Positions 1 through 9,871 of a stretch of DNA of 64,000 nucleotides are shown here, in pieces. Numbering within the stretch: position 1 is the stretch's first letter; each line of letters begins with the position of its first letter. The position numbers were made by a program, and so were the translations under genes. Under the pieces are notes generated by a model. It was given only the letters and a program-made list of their open reading frames with translations, did no database searches and had not been told where the DNA came from. Source of the DNA: Anaerovoracaceae bacterium (GTDB lineage Bacteria; Bacillota; Clostridia; Peptostreptococcales; Anaerovoracaceae); the NCBI GenBank assembly GCA_045604305.1, contig JAZUNV010000064.1:893-64892 (forward strand), written 5' to 3'.

Positions 1-1
1 C

Positions 2-1147
2 AAGAGAGACTATTATGAGGTCCTGGGGGTAGGCAAGGACGCCTCAGAAGCAGAGATCAAGAAAGCTTATCACAAGCTCGCCATGAAGTATCACCCGGAT
101 AAAAATCCGGGTGACAAGGCGGCGGAGGAGAAGTTCAAGGAAGCGAATGAGGCTTACGAGATACTCTCAGACCCGGACAAAAAAGATAAATATGACAGAT
201 TCGGCTTTGCAGGCGTAGATCCGAACTTCGGAGCGGGACAGGGCGGCTTCGGCGGCTTTGGAGGCTTCGGCAACTTCGGCGGCGGCATGGGCGGTATGGG
301 CTTTGAAGACATATTCGACATGTTCGGCGGCATGGGCGGCATGGGCGGCAGACGCAGATCTAAATCCGGCCCTCAGAAGGGAAGGGATCTGCAGAAGACT
401 GTCACTATCGACTTTACAGATGCTCTCTTCGGCTGCAGCAAGCAGATAGAGATCACCAAAGCCGTAAAGTGCAAGACATGCAGCGGAAGCGGATGCAAGC
501 CGGGTACGCAGAAGAAGACCTGCGACCAGTGCGGAGGCAGCGGACAGATATCACAGGTGAGCAATACACCGTTCGGAAGGTTCCAGAACATAACGACCTG
601 TCCGAAATGCGGAGGCGCCGGACAGATAGTCGAAACTCCGTGTCCTGACTGCGGCGGCTCGGGAATCGTCAAGAAATCCGTCAAGATCAAGGTGGACATC
701 CCTGCGGGCGTCGATACCGACAGCATCGTGACTATCAGAGGCCAGGGCGAGCCGGGAAGGAACGGCGGACCGGACGGCGATCTCTACATCGTAGTCAATG
801 TAAGACCTCACAGCACCTATAAGAGGAGAGGCAACGACCTTTACCTCGACCTGCCGATCACCTTCGATCAGGCGGCGCTGGGTGCCAAGGTACAGGTCCC
901 GGGCTTCGGCGAAAGCTACAGCTATACCATATCACCGGGCACACAGACCGGATCCTCGTTCAGACTCAAGGGCAAGGGAGTCCCTGATGTCAGAACGGGC
1001 AGGAAGGGAGACCTTTACGTCAAGGTGATAGTCGAGGTACCGACGAAGCTGAATCGCAAGGAGAAGAAAGCCATCGAGGAAATGGCGGCAAGTCTCGGAA
1101 GCGATGCTTATCCGAAGAAAGCAAAATTCGACAAGCTTAAGTTCTAG
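2..1147 (+). CDS. dnaJ: Molecular chaperone DnaJ (5' end lies upstream of the window)
   Basis: The frame is open from nt 2 ([10 protein letters not shown]... precedes the first listed Met). It has the J-domain HPD motif ([10 protein letters not shown]), a Gly/Phe-rich linker and four CxxCxGxG zinc-finger repeats ([32 protein letters not shown]). Confidence 0.97.
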   Translation, partial: KRDYYEVLGVGKDASEAEIKKAYHKLAMKYHPDKNPGDKAAEEKFKEANEAYEILSDPDKKDKYDRFGFAGVDPNFGAGQGGFGGFGGFGNFGGGMGGMGFEDIFDMFGGMGGMGGRRRSKSGPQKGRDLQKTVTIDFTDALFGCSKQIEITKAVKCKTCSGSGCKPGTQKKTCDQCGGSGQISQVSNTPFGRFQNITTCPKCGGAGQIVETPCPDCGGSGIVKKSVKIKVDIPAGVDTDSIVTIRGQGEPGRNGGPDGDLYIVVNVRPHSTYKRRGNDLYLDLPITFDQAALGAKVQVPGFGESYSYTISPGTQTGSSFRLKGKGVPDVRTGRKGDLYVKVIVEVPTKLNRKEKKAIEEMAASLGSDAYPKKAKFDKLKF

Positions 1148-1230
1148 AACAGACAAAGACGGCGCATCTGATAAGGAGTGAATGTATGAATGTATCTCCG
1201 TGATGCGCCGTTCTGTTACAGGAAGGAGAA

Positions 1231-3540
1231 ATGGACAATAATATGATAGTAATACCTGTATATAACATAATACTGGCTCCGGGGGCCTCGATCTACATGG
1301 GACTTGAACAGATCAGGAAGACCAGCGGGACCAAAGACATAGCGCCGGGTGAGCGTGTCGTGCTCATAGTCGCAAAGGAGAACGAAGCTCTGAAGGATCT
1401 TAAAGCGGACAGCTTCTATCCTATCGGTGTATCCGGCACTATCACTGAAGTGAACAAGCAGGGCTTCGTGCTGCTGCATCTCGGATACAGGGTCGATATA
1501 GAGAACATCGAGATAAGACCTGACCGTACCATCAGTCTTAACATCACGAGGCGCCCGGATATAGAGGATCTGCCTCTTGATGTGGAGAACCGCAAGGTGG
1601 ATGAGCTCATAGATGAGATCAGAGCCTTCGCATCAGGCTTCGAGTGGGCAGATTCGATCGAATACTGGCTCAGGCAGATCAACACCTTGGGCAAGGCTGC
1701 GAGTGCGATGTCGCCGTGGCTCGATGAGACCAACGAGAGGCGTTACGCCATACTGGCTGAGGACAGCATGAAGGAGAGGGCGGAGCTGATAGAGGAGATG
1801 CTCTACGGCTTCCTCGAGGTCGGCCGCATCACCAACGAGGCGATGACTTCTCAGCAGCAGGAGCATCAGCAGATGTACAGAGAGTCTGCGATCAAGAAGC
1901 AGATGGAGCACCTGCAAAGAGAGCTCGATGAGATGCATCCGGAAAACGTCAGCGACCTGCAGATGCTAGAGCAGAAGATAGCCGAGTCCGGTATGAACGA
2001 GACTGCCAGGAAGGAAGCTGACAAGGTCCTGAACAGGCTCAAGCAGGAGGGCGGACAGGGCGCCGAGGCAGGCATGCTCTACGACTACCTGGACTTCGTG
2101 ACAGGACTGTCCTGGAAGAAAGCTGAGCCTCAGCACATCGATCTCGATCAGGCCAGACGCATACTCGACGAGGATCACTACGGACTGGACAAGGTCAAGG
2201 ATCGCATCATACAGCAGATAGCCGTCATGAATCTTAAGAACCGTCAGGCGGGCTCGATATTGCTCTTCGTGGGAGCTCCGGGAACGGGCAAGACAAGCAT
2301 AGGACGCAGCATAGCCAGAGCGCTCGGCCGCGAATATTCGAGGGTGAGCCTGGGCGGCGTGCACGATGAGTCGGATATTCGCGGACATCGCCGCACGTAT
2401 ATCGGGGCGATGCCGGGCAGGATCATGGACGGCATCAGCAAGAGTGGCGTATCCAATCCGGTGATGGTGCTCGATGAGGTGGATAAGCTCTCGGATTCCT
2501 TCCACGGAAGCCCGGCGAGCGCTCTGCTCGAGGTGCTCGACCCTGAGCAGAACAACACCTTCACCGATCACTACATGAACGTGCCGTACGATCTCTCGGA
2601 CGTGATGTTCATCTGTACGGCCAATACGACCGATACCATACCGGAGCCTCTGCTGAACCGCATGGAAGTCATACAGTTCAGCGGCTACACTCCAATCGAA
2701 AAGCTGAGGATAGCAAAAGAGCATCTCGTGCCTAAGTCGATGGAGAGCATGGGCATCATGGCGGACAACATGAGCATAAGCGATGAAGCCATAGAGACCA
2801 TGATCTCCGACTATACGATGGAGGCGGGAGTCAGAGGACTTCGCAAGAAGATCGATTCACTCTGCCGCATATTTGCGGTCAAGGTGGCATCGCATCCTGA
2901 TGAGAAGTTCGAGGTCACCCCGGACGTGGTCCGCGAGGAGATGGAAGGCAGGCCTATAGTACACAGCAAGATCCTGCCTGAGCCAAAAGCGGGAGTCGTC
3001 ACGGGACTTGCGTGGACGCCGGTCGGAGGCGAGATACTCTACATAGAGACCATGTTCACCAAGGGCAAGGGCGAGATCATCATAACCGGCCAGCTGGGCG
3101 ATGTGATGAAGGAATCCGCGCGTATCGCGGTCAGCCTGGTCAAGACCATATTCCCGGACAAGGCGGGGCTCTTCAGCGAGAACGACCTCCACATCCATGT
3201 GCCGGAGGGCGCAGTTCCTAAGGACGGACCATCGGCAGGCATAGCACTGACAACGGCTATATCCTCGCTCGTGACAGGCCACATAGTGGATCCTCACATC
3301 GCGATGACCGGCGAGGTCGCGCTCAGAGGCGCAGTCACACCTATAGGCGGACTGCCTGAGAAGCTGATGGCGGCCGAGCGTGCAGGCATCACGAAGGTGT
3401 TCATCCCTGAGGAGAACGCTTTCGATCTCAAGGACGTGGCTGATGAGGTCAAGGAAAAGATAGAGATCACCACGGTATCCAGAGTCGGCGAGGTGCTGGA
3501 GGCGACAGGCATCCTTACGGCCACCGGCAAACAGGCTTAG
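1231..3540 (+). CDS. lon: ATP-dependent Lon protease (LonA type)
   Basis: 769-aa ORF preceded by GGAAGGAG. It has Walker A GAPGTGKTS and the C-terminal protease motif PKDGPSAG (catalytic Ser). Confidence 0.95.
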   Translation: MDNNMIVIPVYNIILAPGASIYMGLEQIRKTSGTKDIAPGERVVLIVAKENEALKDLKADSFYPIGVSGTITEVNKQGFVLLHLGYRVDIENIEIRPDRTISLNITRRPDIEDLPLDVENRKVDELIDEIRAFASGFEWADSIEYWLRQINTLGKAASAMSPWLDETNERRYAILAEDSMKERAELIEEMLYGFLEVGRITNEAMTSQQQEHQQMYRESAIKKQMEHLQRELDEMHPENVSDLQMLEQKIAESGMNETARKEADKVLNRLKQEGGQGAEAGMLYDYLDFVTGLSWKKAEPQHIDLDQARRILDEDHYGLDKVKDRIIQQIAVMNLKNRQAGSILLFVGAPGTGKTSIGRSIARALGREYSRVSLGGVHDESDIRGHRRTYIGAMPGRIMDGISKSGVSNPVMVLDEVDKLSDSFHGSPASALLEVLDPEQNNTFTDHYMNVPYDLSDVMFICTANTTDTIPEPLLNRMEVIQFSGYTPIEKLRIAKEHLVPKSMESMGIMADNMSISDEAIETMISDYTMEAGVRGLRKKIDSLCRIFAVKVASHPDEKFEVTPDVVREEMEGRPIVHSKILPEPKAGVVTGLAWTPVGGEILYIETMFTKGKGEIIITGQLGDVMKESARIAVSLVKTIFPDKAGLFSENDLHIHVPEGAVPKDGPSAGIALTTAISSLVTGHIVDPHIAMTGEVALRGAVTPIGGLPEKLMAAERAGITKVFIPEENAFDLKDVADEVKEKIEITTVSRVGEVLEATGILTATGKQA

Positions 3541-3620
3541 CCGTTCGACCGGGAGCGACATCCGGTGTCCGTTATCGACATCAGGGTCAAGGCGGTGCTA
3601 AAAAGGACTTTTTGAAAATT

Positions 3621-3669
3621 TTGTACATCAAACGGTCAAAATCGGCCTTTGATGTACAATTTTCTTTTG
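3621..3669 (+). terminator. Rho-independent terminator after lon
   Basis: 12-bp perfect stem TTGTACATCAAA (3621-3632) / TTTGATGTACAA (3648-3659) with a 15-nt loop, followed by TTTTCTTTT. The arms are also copy T of the TGTACAT-N23-ATGTACA dyad family. Confidence 0.7.
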
Positions 3670-3800
3670 TCAGTCTGCGAGCCACAGCGCGATACAGGGA
3701 AGAGACTTAACAATAACACGGTATTTCACGCTTATTGTAAAGAAGAACTGGTGGTGCAATAGGCATCTGATCATCCGCGGCAGATCACAACATCAAAAAA

Positions 3801-3837
3801 TGTACATGAGAGGGCCCATTTCGGGGATCTATGTACA
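3801..3837. repeat. TGTACAT-N23-ATGTACA dyad, copy C1
   Basis: TGTACATGAGAGGGCCCATTTCGGGGATCTATGTACA, flanked by AAAAA and AAAT. The downstream CCGAAAAAACTCCTCT is shared with copy C3 at 58688. Confidence 0.6.
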
Positions 3838-3953
3838 AAATCCGAAAAAACTCCTCTTCTAACGCTCTTTGAGATCGCATCCGGATACGAACAGAATAGC
3901 AGCCGAAACCTTGCTCTAAGGAAAATGGCTGCAACTTGAGACCGAGATAAGGA

Positions 3954-3981
3954 TTAAAAACAGCTGCAAATATGTTAAAAT
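3954..3981 (+). promoter_or_regulatory. Possible sigma-A promoter for the PLP-enzyme gene
   Basis: TTAAAA (3954-3959), 16-nt spacer, then extended -10 TGtTAAAAT (3973-3981). The -35 is weak. Confidence 0.35.
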
Positions 3982-4065
3982 ATGTCTCAGCTGCGAAAGC
4001 ATTATAAGGAATTGGGAACGGTAACTGCACCGGTATTCTGGCCGGTGATCAAACGGAGGGAAATC

Positions 4066-5091
4066 ATGCTGTTCGGACATGACAAGATAGAGATACTGCA
4101 CCTGCCGACGCCTCTTGAGCATCTTAAAAATGTCTCGGAGGATCTCGGTATAAACGTATACTGCAAGAGAGACGATCTTACTAATCTAGCGACGGGAGGC
4201 AACAAGCTCAGGAAGCTCGAGTACTTCCTGAAGGACGCTCTCGATCAGGGTGCGACCATGCTGATCACCGAGGGCGGAGCCCAGACCAATCACGGCAGGC
4301 TGACCGCTGCGGTCGCCTCGAAGTACGGCCTTAAGAGCGCCATCATCACCGCGGATGAGTATCCGGGCGAGATCAGCGCGAACCTCCTGCTCGACGGCAT
4401 GCTTGGCTGCGATGTCCACTTCGTAAAGGACATGGAGAGCGGCAGGCAGAAGGTGATCGACAAATACACAGCTGAAGGCGAAAAGGTATACTACGTGCCT
4501 ATGGGCGGCTCGAACGAGCTCGGCATACTCGGTTATGTAGAGTGCGCGATGGAGCTCGACAGGCAGGCTCGTGAGATGGGCATGGAGGATGCGACGATCT
4601 ACGTTACGATAGGCAGCATGGCTACATACATCGGACTTCTGATCGGACTCAGGGAATGCGGCTCCGGGCTCAGGCTAAAGGGTGTCAACGTGCTGCCATA
4701 CGGCGAAGCCGGATATGAAGAGGCCGAGCTCCGCAGGGCTCTGAACGAGTATTACTATAAGATCAGGAAATTCTACGGCAGAGACTTCGGCATCACGGAT
4801 GATGACTTTGACTTCACCACGGCTTACATACACGGCGCATACAACAACGCCGTTGAGGAAGTACGGGAAGTACTGTACTATCTCGCCCGCAAGGAGGCGA
4901 TCATAATCGATCCTTGCTATACGGGCAAGACCTTCGAGGCCATCGTGGACGGTGCCCGCAGCGGAGCCATTCCAAAGGGCTCGAACGTCATATTCATGCA
5001 TACCGGCGGACTCCCGGGCATCTATACAAAGCATCACAGGGTAGAATTTGAGAGAGAACTCATGCCGTACATGCATATCGAAGATTTCTAA
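4066..5091 (+). CDS. PLP-dependent D-cysteine desulfhydrase / ACC deaminase family protein
   Basis: The GGNKLRKLEY motif (PLP lysine) and overall layout match the family. The start is moved from the listed 3982 to ATG 4066, which follows GGAGGG. Confidence 0.85.
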   Translation: MLFGHDKIEILHLPTPLEHLKNVSEDLGINVYCKRDDLTNLATGGNKLRKLEYFLKDALDQGATMLITEGGAQTNHGRLTAAVASKYGLKSAIITADEYPGEISANLLLDGMLGCDVHFVKDMESGRQKVIDKYTAEGEKVYYVPMGGSNELGILGYVECAMELDRQAREMGMEDATIYVTIGSMATYIGLLIGLRECGSGLRLKGVNVLPYGEAGYEEAELRRALNEYYYKIRKFYGRDFGITDDDFDFTTAYIHGAYNNAVEEVREVLYYLARKEAIIIDPCYTGKTFEAIVDGARSGAIPKGSNVIFMHTGGLPGIYTKHHRVEFERELMPYMHIEDF

Positions 5092-5121
5092 TTTAAAAAA
5101 AGGGACGGAGTAACGGAATAA

Positions 5122-6492
5122 ATGAAAAAAATATCGCTATCGGTAAAACTTCCGCTTTTGTTCACCATCAGCCTGCTCGTCATCATGCTGGTGGTGGTCG
5201 TTGCTGTCCACCAGCGTTTCCAGCAGCGCATGATAGATGAGTATTCGCACATGGCGGAAGGCGTCACCCAGCTGATGGCTGACCGTATCGACGGCGACAA
5301 GGTCGACGAATACATAGAGCAGAACTGCGAGTCGGAAGAATACAGCGACATAAGAGACTATTTCTATACTCTGAAGGAAAACTACCCTGACGTGCTGTAT
5401 CTGTATACGATACGCTGCGAAGAGGACGGTGCTCACGTTGTCTTCGATCTGGACAATGATGAAGTTGAGAACGGTGAGGCATACGATCCCGGTTATGTAT
5501 ACGAGCTTGAGGGTCCTTTTGCGGAGGTGCAGGATAAGATCATGGCCGGAGAGGAGATCCCTGGATATGACGTGCATTCCGCTGAGGACGGTTATCTCTT
5601 CTCATACTGCAGGCCGGTATATGACAGTAAAGGAAACTATGCGTGCAGCACCTGCGTGGATTTCTCCATGGATCACATGTACGAAGAGAATAATGCGTTC
5701 ACGCTGAGGCTGACTCTTGTGATACTTGCTATCGCTGCTATCATCCTCGTGGCGGAAGTAATGGTCGTGAGGCACTGGGTCACCACTCCTATCAATGAAC
5801 TGTCGAAGTGCGCAGAGAAGTTTTCCTATGAAACTGAAGAGGACAGAGGCAACAACATCGACCTGATCGACGATCTTGATATCCGCTCGGAGGATGAGAT
5901 AGGATCTCTCTATCAGCTGCTCCGGTCGATGACAAGGGACAGCTTTATCTCGACCTTCAGGCTCACTCAGGCCAGGCAGGATATCGAGGACAGGGAAGTC
6001 AGGATAAACGAGATAAGCGAGGATGCGTATAGAGATCAGCTGACAAAGGTCGGCACTGCCGCAGCATTCAACAGGGACCTCGCTGATCACGACAAAAGAA
6101 ATGGAGAGTTTCTGGTGGTGATGTTCGATGTCAATGCCCTCAAGCACATCAACGACAATTACGGTCACGGCATGGGCGATGAGTATTTACGCGGATGCTG
6201 CGCCATGATATGCAGCAAGTACAAGCATTCGCCTGTCTACAGGCTGGGCGGCGATGAATTCGTCGTCTTACCGGGAGGCGAGGACTTCGATGAGAAGGAC
6301 TCCCGTATTGAGGAGATCAGGGCTGAATTTGCTGAATCATACGCTAAAACTGATGCGGAGCCTTGGGAGAGGTATTCCGCGGCATGCGGCATGGGCAGAG
6401 GAGAGACCATCTCCGATGCGCTCAAGAAAGCCGACGAGGCCATGTATGAGGATAAGAAGAAGTTCCACATGCTCAGCGGCCACAGGAGATAG
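5122..6492 (+). CDS. Membrane-bound diguanylate cyclase (GGDEF domain)
   Basis: N-terminal TM, an extracytoplasmic region, a second TM (LTLVILAIAAIILVAEVMVV), and a C-terminal GGDEF domain with RLGGDEF. There is no obvious RxxD I-site upstream of it. Confidence 0.9.
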   Translation: MKKISLSVKLPLLFTISLLVIMLVVVVAVHQRFQQRMIDEYSHMAEGVTQLMADRIDGDKVDEYIEQNCESEEYSDIRDYFYTLKENYPDVLYLYTIRCEEDGAHVVFDLDNDEVENGEAYDPGYVYELEGPFAEVQDKIMAGEEIPGYDVHSAEDGYLFSYCRPVYDSKGNYACSTCVDFSMDHMYEENNAFTLRLTLVILAIAAIILVAEVMVVRHWVTTPINELSKCAEKFSYETEEDRGNNIDLIDDLDIRSEDEIGSLYQLLRSMTRDSFISTFRLTQARQDIEDREVRINEISEDAYRDQLTKVGTAAAFNRDLADHDKRNGEFLVVMFDVNALKHINDNYGHGMGDEYLRGCCAMICSKYKHSPVYRLGGDEFVVLPGGEDFDEKDSRIEEIRAEFAESYAKTDAEPWERYSAACGMGRGETISDALKKADEAMYEDKKKFHMLSGHRR

Positions 6493-6501
6493 AAAGGATA
6501 T

Positions 6502-7635
6502 ATGTCAAGAGTAGAGAGAAACGAATCAAATTATCCTGTAAGGACAGGCGGGAACATGCGCAGGAGGAGCTCAGGGAGGAAGACCCCGGGCACCGGCATA
6601 GGCAGGGTGCAGGCGATCGTCGTTGCCGTGCTCCTTATACTTGGTCTGATGGGAATAGTGAAGATAGTCACGTACATCGGCAGCATATCCAGAGTTCACC
6701 TCAGCGATGAGGGGCTCACCCATGACAAGGCCTACGCTGACATGGCGGTCGTGCATGGTATCGACGTCTCCGAATTCCAGAATGAGATCAACTGGAAGAA
6801 GGTGAAATCGAGCGAGGCTGATTTTGTATTCATCCGCGCGGGCTACAGAAGGAGCGAGACGGGAGAGCTTGCTGAGGATGCAAACTTCAAAGAGTTCATG
6901 AAGGGCGCGGAGAAGTCGGGCATCATGGTCGGAGCCTACTTCTTTTCACAGGCTCTCAATGAAAAGGAAGCTGAAGAGGAAGCTGACTACCTGCTCGAGC
7001 TCGTGGAACCTTACGACATAGACATGCCTCTCGTGATAGACTATGAGCTCTTCGAAGGCGGCCGGGTCCAGCAGGCGGTACAGGCGGGCGATATGCCTAA
7101 CGCATCGGACTATCATAATATAGTCATCGCCTTCTGCAACAGGATAGAGGAGGCGGGCTACGAGTCGGCCGTATATGCAAATTATGACATGCTCACCAAC
7201 TACATGGACTCCACTATACTCGACAAGGAAGAGGTGATCTGGGCAGCGCAGTACGGCGGCAGCTGCCACGTCAAGGGCAATTACAGATACTGGCAGTGCG
7301 CCGAGGATGCCGAGTGCGGAGGCGTAGACGGTTTCATAGACCACGATATCTGGTACATAGAGCCGGGCAGGGTATATTCGACCTACGCAAAGGGCAATAA
7401 GGAGCAGACCTCGATAGGCGACTGCAAGGTAAAGCTCGACAAATCGAGCTATAAGCTCCACAACCACAGGGCGAAGCCAAAGGTCCAGGTCACATACGAG
7501 GGCCGCAGGCTCAGGAAGGGCAGCAATTACGAGCTGTCATTCGTCCGCAACACAACGAAGGGGACCGGCTACGCGATCATCCGCGGAGTCAGCAATTACA
7601 AGGACTGGATAGCCGTGCCATTCGAAATAGATTGA
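6502..7635 (+). CDS. GH25-family muramidase (lysozyme) with N-terminal membrane anchor
   Basis: GIDVSEFQNEINWKKV...DFVFIRAGYR is a typical GH25 N-terminal signature. There is a hydrophobic anchor IVVAVLLILGLMGIV. Confidence 0.8.
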   Translation: MSRVERNESNYPVRTGGNMRRRSSGRKTPGTGIGRVQAIVVAVLLILGLMGIVKIVTYIGSISRVHLSDEGLTHDKAYADMAVVHGIDVSEFQNEINWKKVKSSEADFVFIRAGYRRSETGELAEDANFKEFMKGAEKSGIMVGAYFFSQALNEKEAEEEADYLLELVEPYDIDMPLVIDYELFEGGRVQQAVQAGDMPNASDYHNIVIAFCNRIEEAGYESAVYANYDMLTNYMDSTILDKEEVIWAAQYGGSCHVKGNYRYWQCAEDAECGGVDGFIDHDIWYIEPGRVYSTYAKGNKEQTSIGDCKVKLDKSSYKLHNHRAKPKVQVTYEGRRLRKGSNYELSFVRNTTKGTGYAIIRGVSNYKDWIAVPFEID

Positions 7636-7661
7636 TATCAAAACAGGTGAGGGCAACGAAC

Positions 7662-8420
7662 ATGAAATTTATCAGCTGGAACGTAAACGGCTTCAGGGCC
7701 GTGCTCAACAAGGGATTCGAAGACATCTTCAGGGATCTCGATGCGGACTTCTTCTGTCTGCAGGAGACCAAGATGCAGGAGGGGCAGGCGAACTTCCATC
7801 CGGAAGACTACTTAGAATATTATAACTGCGCCGAGAAGAAGGGCTACTCAGGTACCGCGATCTTCGTAAAGAAGTCAGTGGGCGAGCCGCTGTCTGTCGC
7901 GTATGGTATCAAAGGTGAGCACGACGATGAAGGCAGAGTCATCACCCTCGAGTATCCGGACTTCTACCTGATATGCTGCTACGTGCCTAATGCACAGGAC
8001 GGGCTCAAGAGGATAGATTACAGATGCGAGTTCGAGGACGCGATGAGAGCGTACATGTCAGAGCTTGACCAGAAGAAGCCTGTCATATACTGCGGAGACC
8101 TCAACGTAGCTCACAACGAGATCGACCTCAAGAACCCGGGACCTAACAGAGGCAACGCCGGCTTCTCGGATGAGGAACGCGGCAAGATGACAGAGCTTCT
8201 GGGCGCAGGCTTTACGGACAGCTTCCGCTACCTGTATCCGGAGACCGTCACATACTCCTGGTGGTCATACAGGATGAAGGCCAGGGAGAGGAATGCGGGG
8301 TGGAGGATCGATTACTTCATCATCTCCGACAGGCTGAGAGACAAGGTCAAAGAGGCCGCGATACTGAACGATATTTACGGAAGCGATCACTGTCCGGTAG
8401 AACTGGATATCGAATTTTAG
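7662..8420 (+). CDS. xth: Exodeoxyribonuclease III / AP endonuclease
   Basis: MKFISWNVNGFRA, LQETK and the C-terminal SDHCPV motif. The start is set at ATG 7662, after AGGTGAGGG. Confidence 0.93.
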   Translation: MKFISWNVNGFRAVLNKGFEDIFRDLDADFFCLQETKMQEGQANFHPEDYLEYYNCAEKKGYSGTAIFVKKSVGEPLSVAYGIKGEHDDEGRVITLEYPDFYLICCYVPNAQDGLKRIDYRCEFEDAMRAYMSELDQKKPVIYCGDLNVAHNEIDLKNPGPNRGNAGFSDEERGKMTELLGAGFTDSFRYLYPETVTYSWWSYRMKARERNAGWRIDYFIISDRLRDKVKEAAILNDIYGSDHCPVELDIEF

Positions 8421-8800
8421 GGCTTATCGAGGAGTCTAGCAGCGGGACTGGAATTGAAAGCCGGTGAACATGTCGTGAGCGAATGAGGCGGCTCTCCGGT
8501 ATTACACTACAAGTCGACGAACACCCGGCCATCTCGCTTCGACGGGCTCCCTCGCCGAGAGTGTCAGGCTCGTCGACTTTGCCTCTTGGAGAACCTAGTC
8601 TGACGCTTCGCTTGCGTCGACCGGGTCTTGTCCAATAATGCTATCTCCAGATAATACGGCGTTGCCGTAAGGACGAAAGCATTGACCTCCGTCGGCAGGC
8701 TCCTTCGGTAGATGCCAATCGCCTGCAGTCTTCTCGCGACACTCTTAGCGGCTCCTCCACAGTCTCATCTCGATGGACCGGCTGTTCGCTGATAAGTTAC
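8421..8800. other. ORF-poor, GC-rich, hairpin-rich intergenic segment (candidate structured RNA or decayed element)
   Basis: About 380 nt between xth and the rpsT promoter with no convincing ORF on either strand. Pairings seen: long-range AAGTCGACGA (8511-8520) / TCGTCGACTT (8570-8579), plus hairpins GACGC/GCGTC (8602-8618) and TACGGC/GCCGTA (8655-8669). It contains 32-nt box A. Confidence 0.3.
8456..8487. repeat. 32-nt box, copy A
   Basis: GAAAGCCGGTGAACATGTCGTGAGCGAATGAG matches 45701-45732 at 31 of 32 positions. Confidence 0.9.
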
Positions 8801-8853
8801 AAAATCACTGAAAATCTTGATGACTAATGTTCTTCTGACTAATGAAAAAACAC

Positions 8854-8882
8854 TTGTATTCTACTGAGCGGTATCGTATAAT
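8854..8882 (+). promoter_or_regulatory. Sigma-A type promoter of rpsT
   Basis: TTGTAT (8854-8859), 17-nt spacer, TATAAT (8877-8882), about 50 nt upstream of the rpsT start. Confidence 0.6.
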
Positions 8883-8930
8883 ACCCGTTGCGAATTAATG
8901 CATTATTAATGAAAGTGGGGTAAATAACTA

Positions 8931-9200
8931 ATGGCAAACATTAAATCCGCAAAGAAAAGAATCCGCGTAATCGACAAGAAGACAGCTCGCAACATCAGAG
9001 TCAAGAACCACGTAAAGGAAGCAGAGAAGGCATTCCTCGCTGCAGTTGAAGCTGGCAACAAGGAAGAGGCTCAGAAGGCATTCCAGCACGCAGAGAAGAA
9101 GCTGATGCAGGCATCCGCAAAGGGTACCTTCCACAAGAACACTGTCTCCCGTAAGATCGGCAGATTCCAGAGAAAACTTAACGCGCTCGACGCCAAGTAA
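8931..9200 (+). CDS. rpsT: 30S ribosomal protein S20
   Basis: 89 aa. MANIKSAKKRIRV... is the typical S20 N-terminus, and the protein is basic and helical. Confidence 0.97.
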   Translation: MANIKSAKKRIRVIDKKTARNIRVKNHVKEAEKAFLAAVEAGNKEEAQKAFQHAEKKLMQASAKGTFHKNTVSRKIGRFQRKLNALDAK

Positions 9201-9240
9201 TTCTCACCCGTCCCCACAGCGTATAAGTTAAATGCGCATA

Positions 9241-9269
9241 CAACCGGAGTGTCTCCCGGTTGTTTTTTT
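9241..9269 (+). terminator. Rho-independent terminator after rpsT
   Basis: Stem CAACCGG (9241-9247) / CCGGTTG (9256-9262), followed by TTTTTTT. Confidence 0.7.
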
Positions 9270-9342
9270 GCGCCTCAAAAACCTTGCCGGGAAATACCGT
9301 ATTTCTGATACAATAGAGATGATATGTAAGGAGTTTCTGACT

Positions 9343-9828
9343 ATGACGATAAGAACCGCAACGCTCGAGGACCTTGAGGCAATCGTCAAAATGGAATACG
9401 AGTGTTTTCCTGAAACTGATGCGGTGCCTGCATCGGTTCTTGAAGACTGGATCCGGATCTTTCCCGGACATTTCTGGCTCATGCTGGACGGCGACAGGAT
9501 AGTATCGTTTGTTGACGGCTTTACTACCGATGAGCCGGACATCCTGGACGAGATGTACGAGAGGGCCGAACTGCATAATGAAGACGGACGCTGGCAGATG
9601 CTGTTCGGTGTTGTTACGGTCCCTGAATACAGGGGGCGCGGCTGTGCCGGCGAATTGATACGGCATGCCATAGACGATGCAAGGCGCTCAGGACGCGCAG
9701 GGCTCGTGCTGGCGTGTAAGGACAGGTATATCGGCTATTATGAAGAGTTCGGTTTTGTGAATGAAGGGATAAGTGATAAGTCATTTCATGGAGGCTCCAG
9801 ATGGAACCAGATGAGACTTTCACTGTAA
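9343..9828 (+). CDS. GNAT-family N-acetyltransferase
   Basis: The start is at ATG 9343, after TAAGGAG. The acetyl-CoA motif is EYRGRGCAGELI. The listed longer ORF (9232) overlaps the rpsT terminator. Confidence 0.85.
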   Translation: MTIRTATLEDLEAIVKMEYECFPETDAVPASVLEDWIRIFPGHFWLMLDGDRIVSFVDGFTTDEPDILDEMYERAELHNEDGRWQMLFGVVTVPEYRGRGCAGELIRHAIDDARRSGRAGLVLACKDRYIGYYEEFGFVNEGISDKSFHGGSRWNQMRLSL

Positions 9829-9871
9829 CAGCGAGATACGATATAGATGTTTACGGACTAGGGGGAATCGA

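Noticed and set aside
8421-8800. I tested the xth-rpsT spacer against RNase P RNA, tmRNA, SRP/4.5S and 6S RNA signatures on both strands.
   Set aside because: There is no GGAAAGTCC/ACAGAA..CCGGCTTA P4 pair, and no GGGG...TTCGAC start with a tRNA-like 3' end and CCA. There is no GGAAGCAGC SRP domain IV and no extended 6S-type rod. TTCGACGGG and CTCCTCCACA are only isolated look-alikes.
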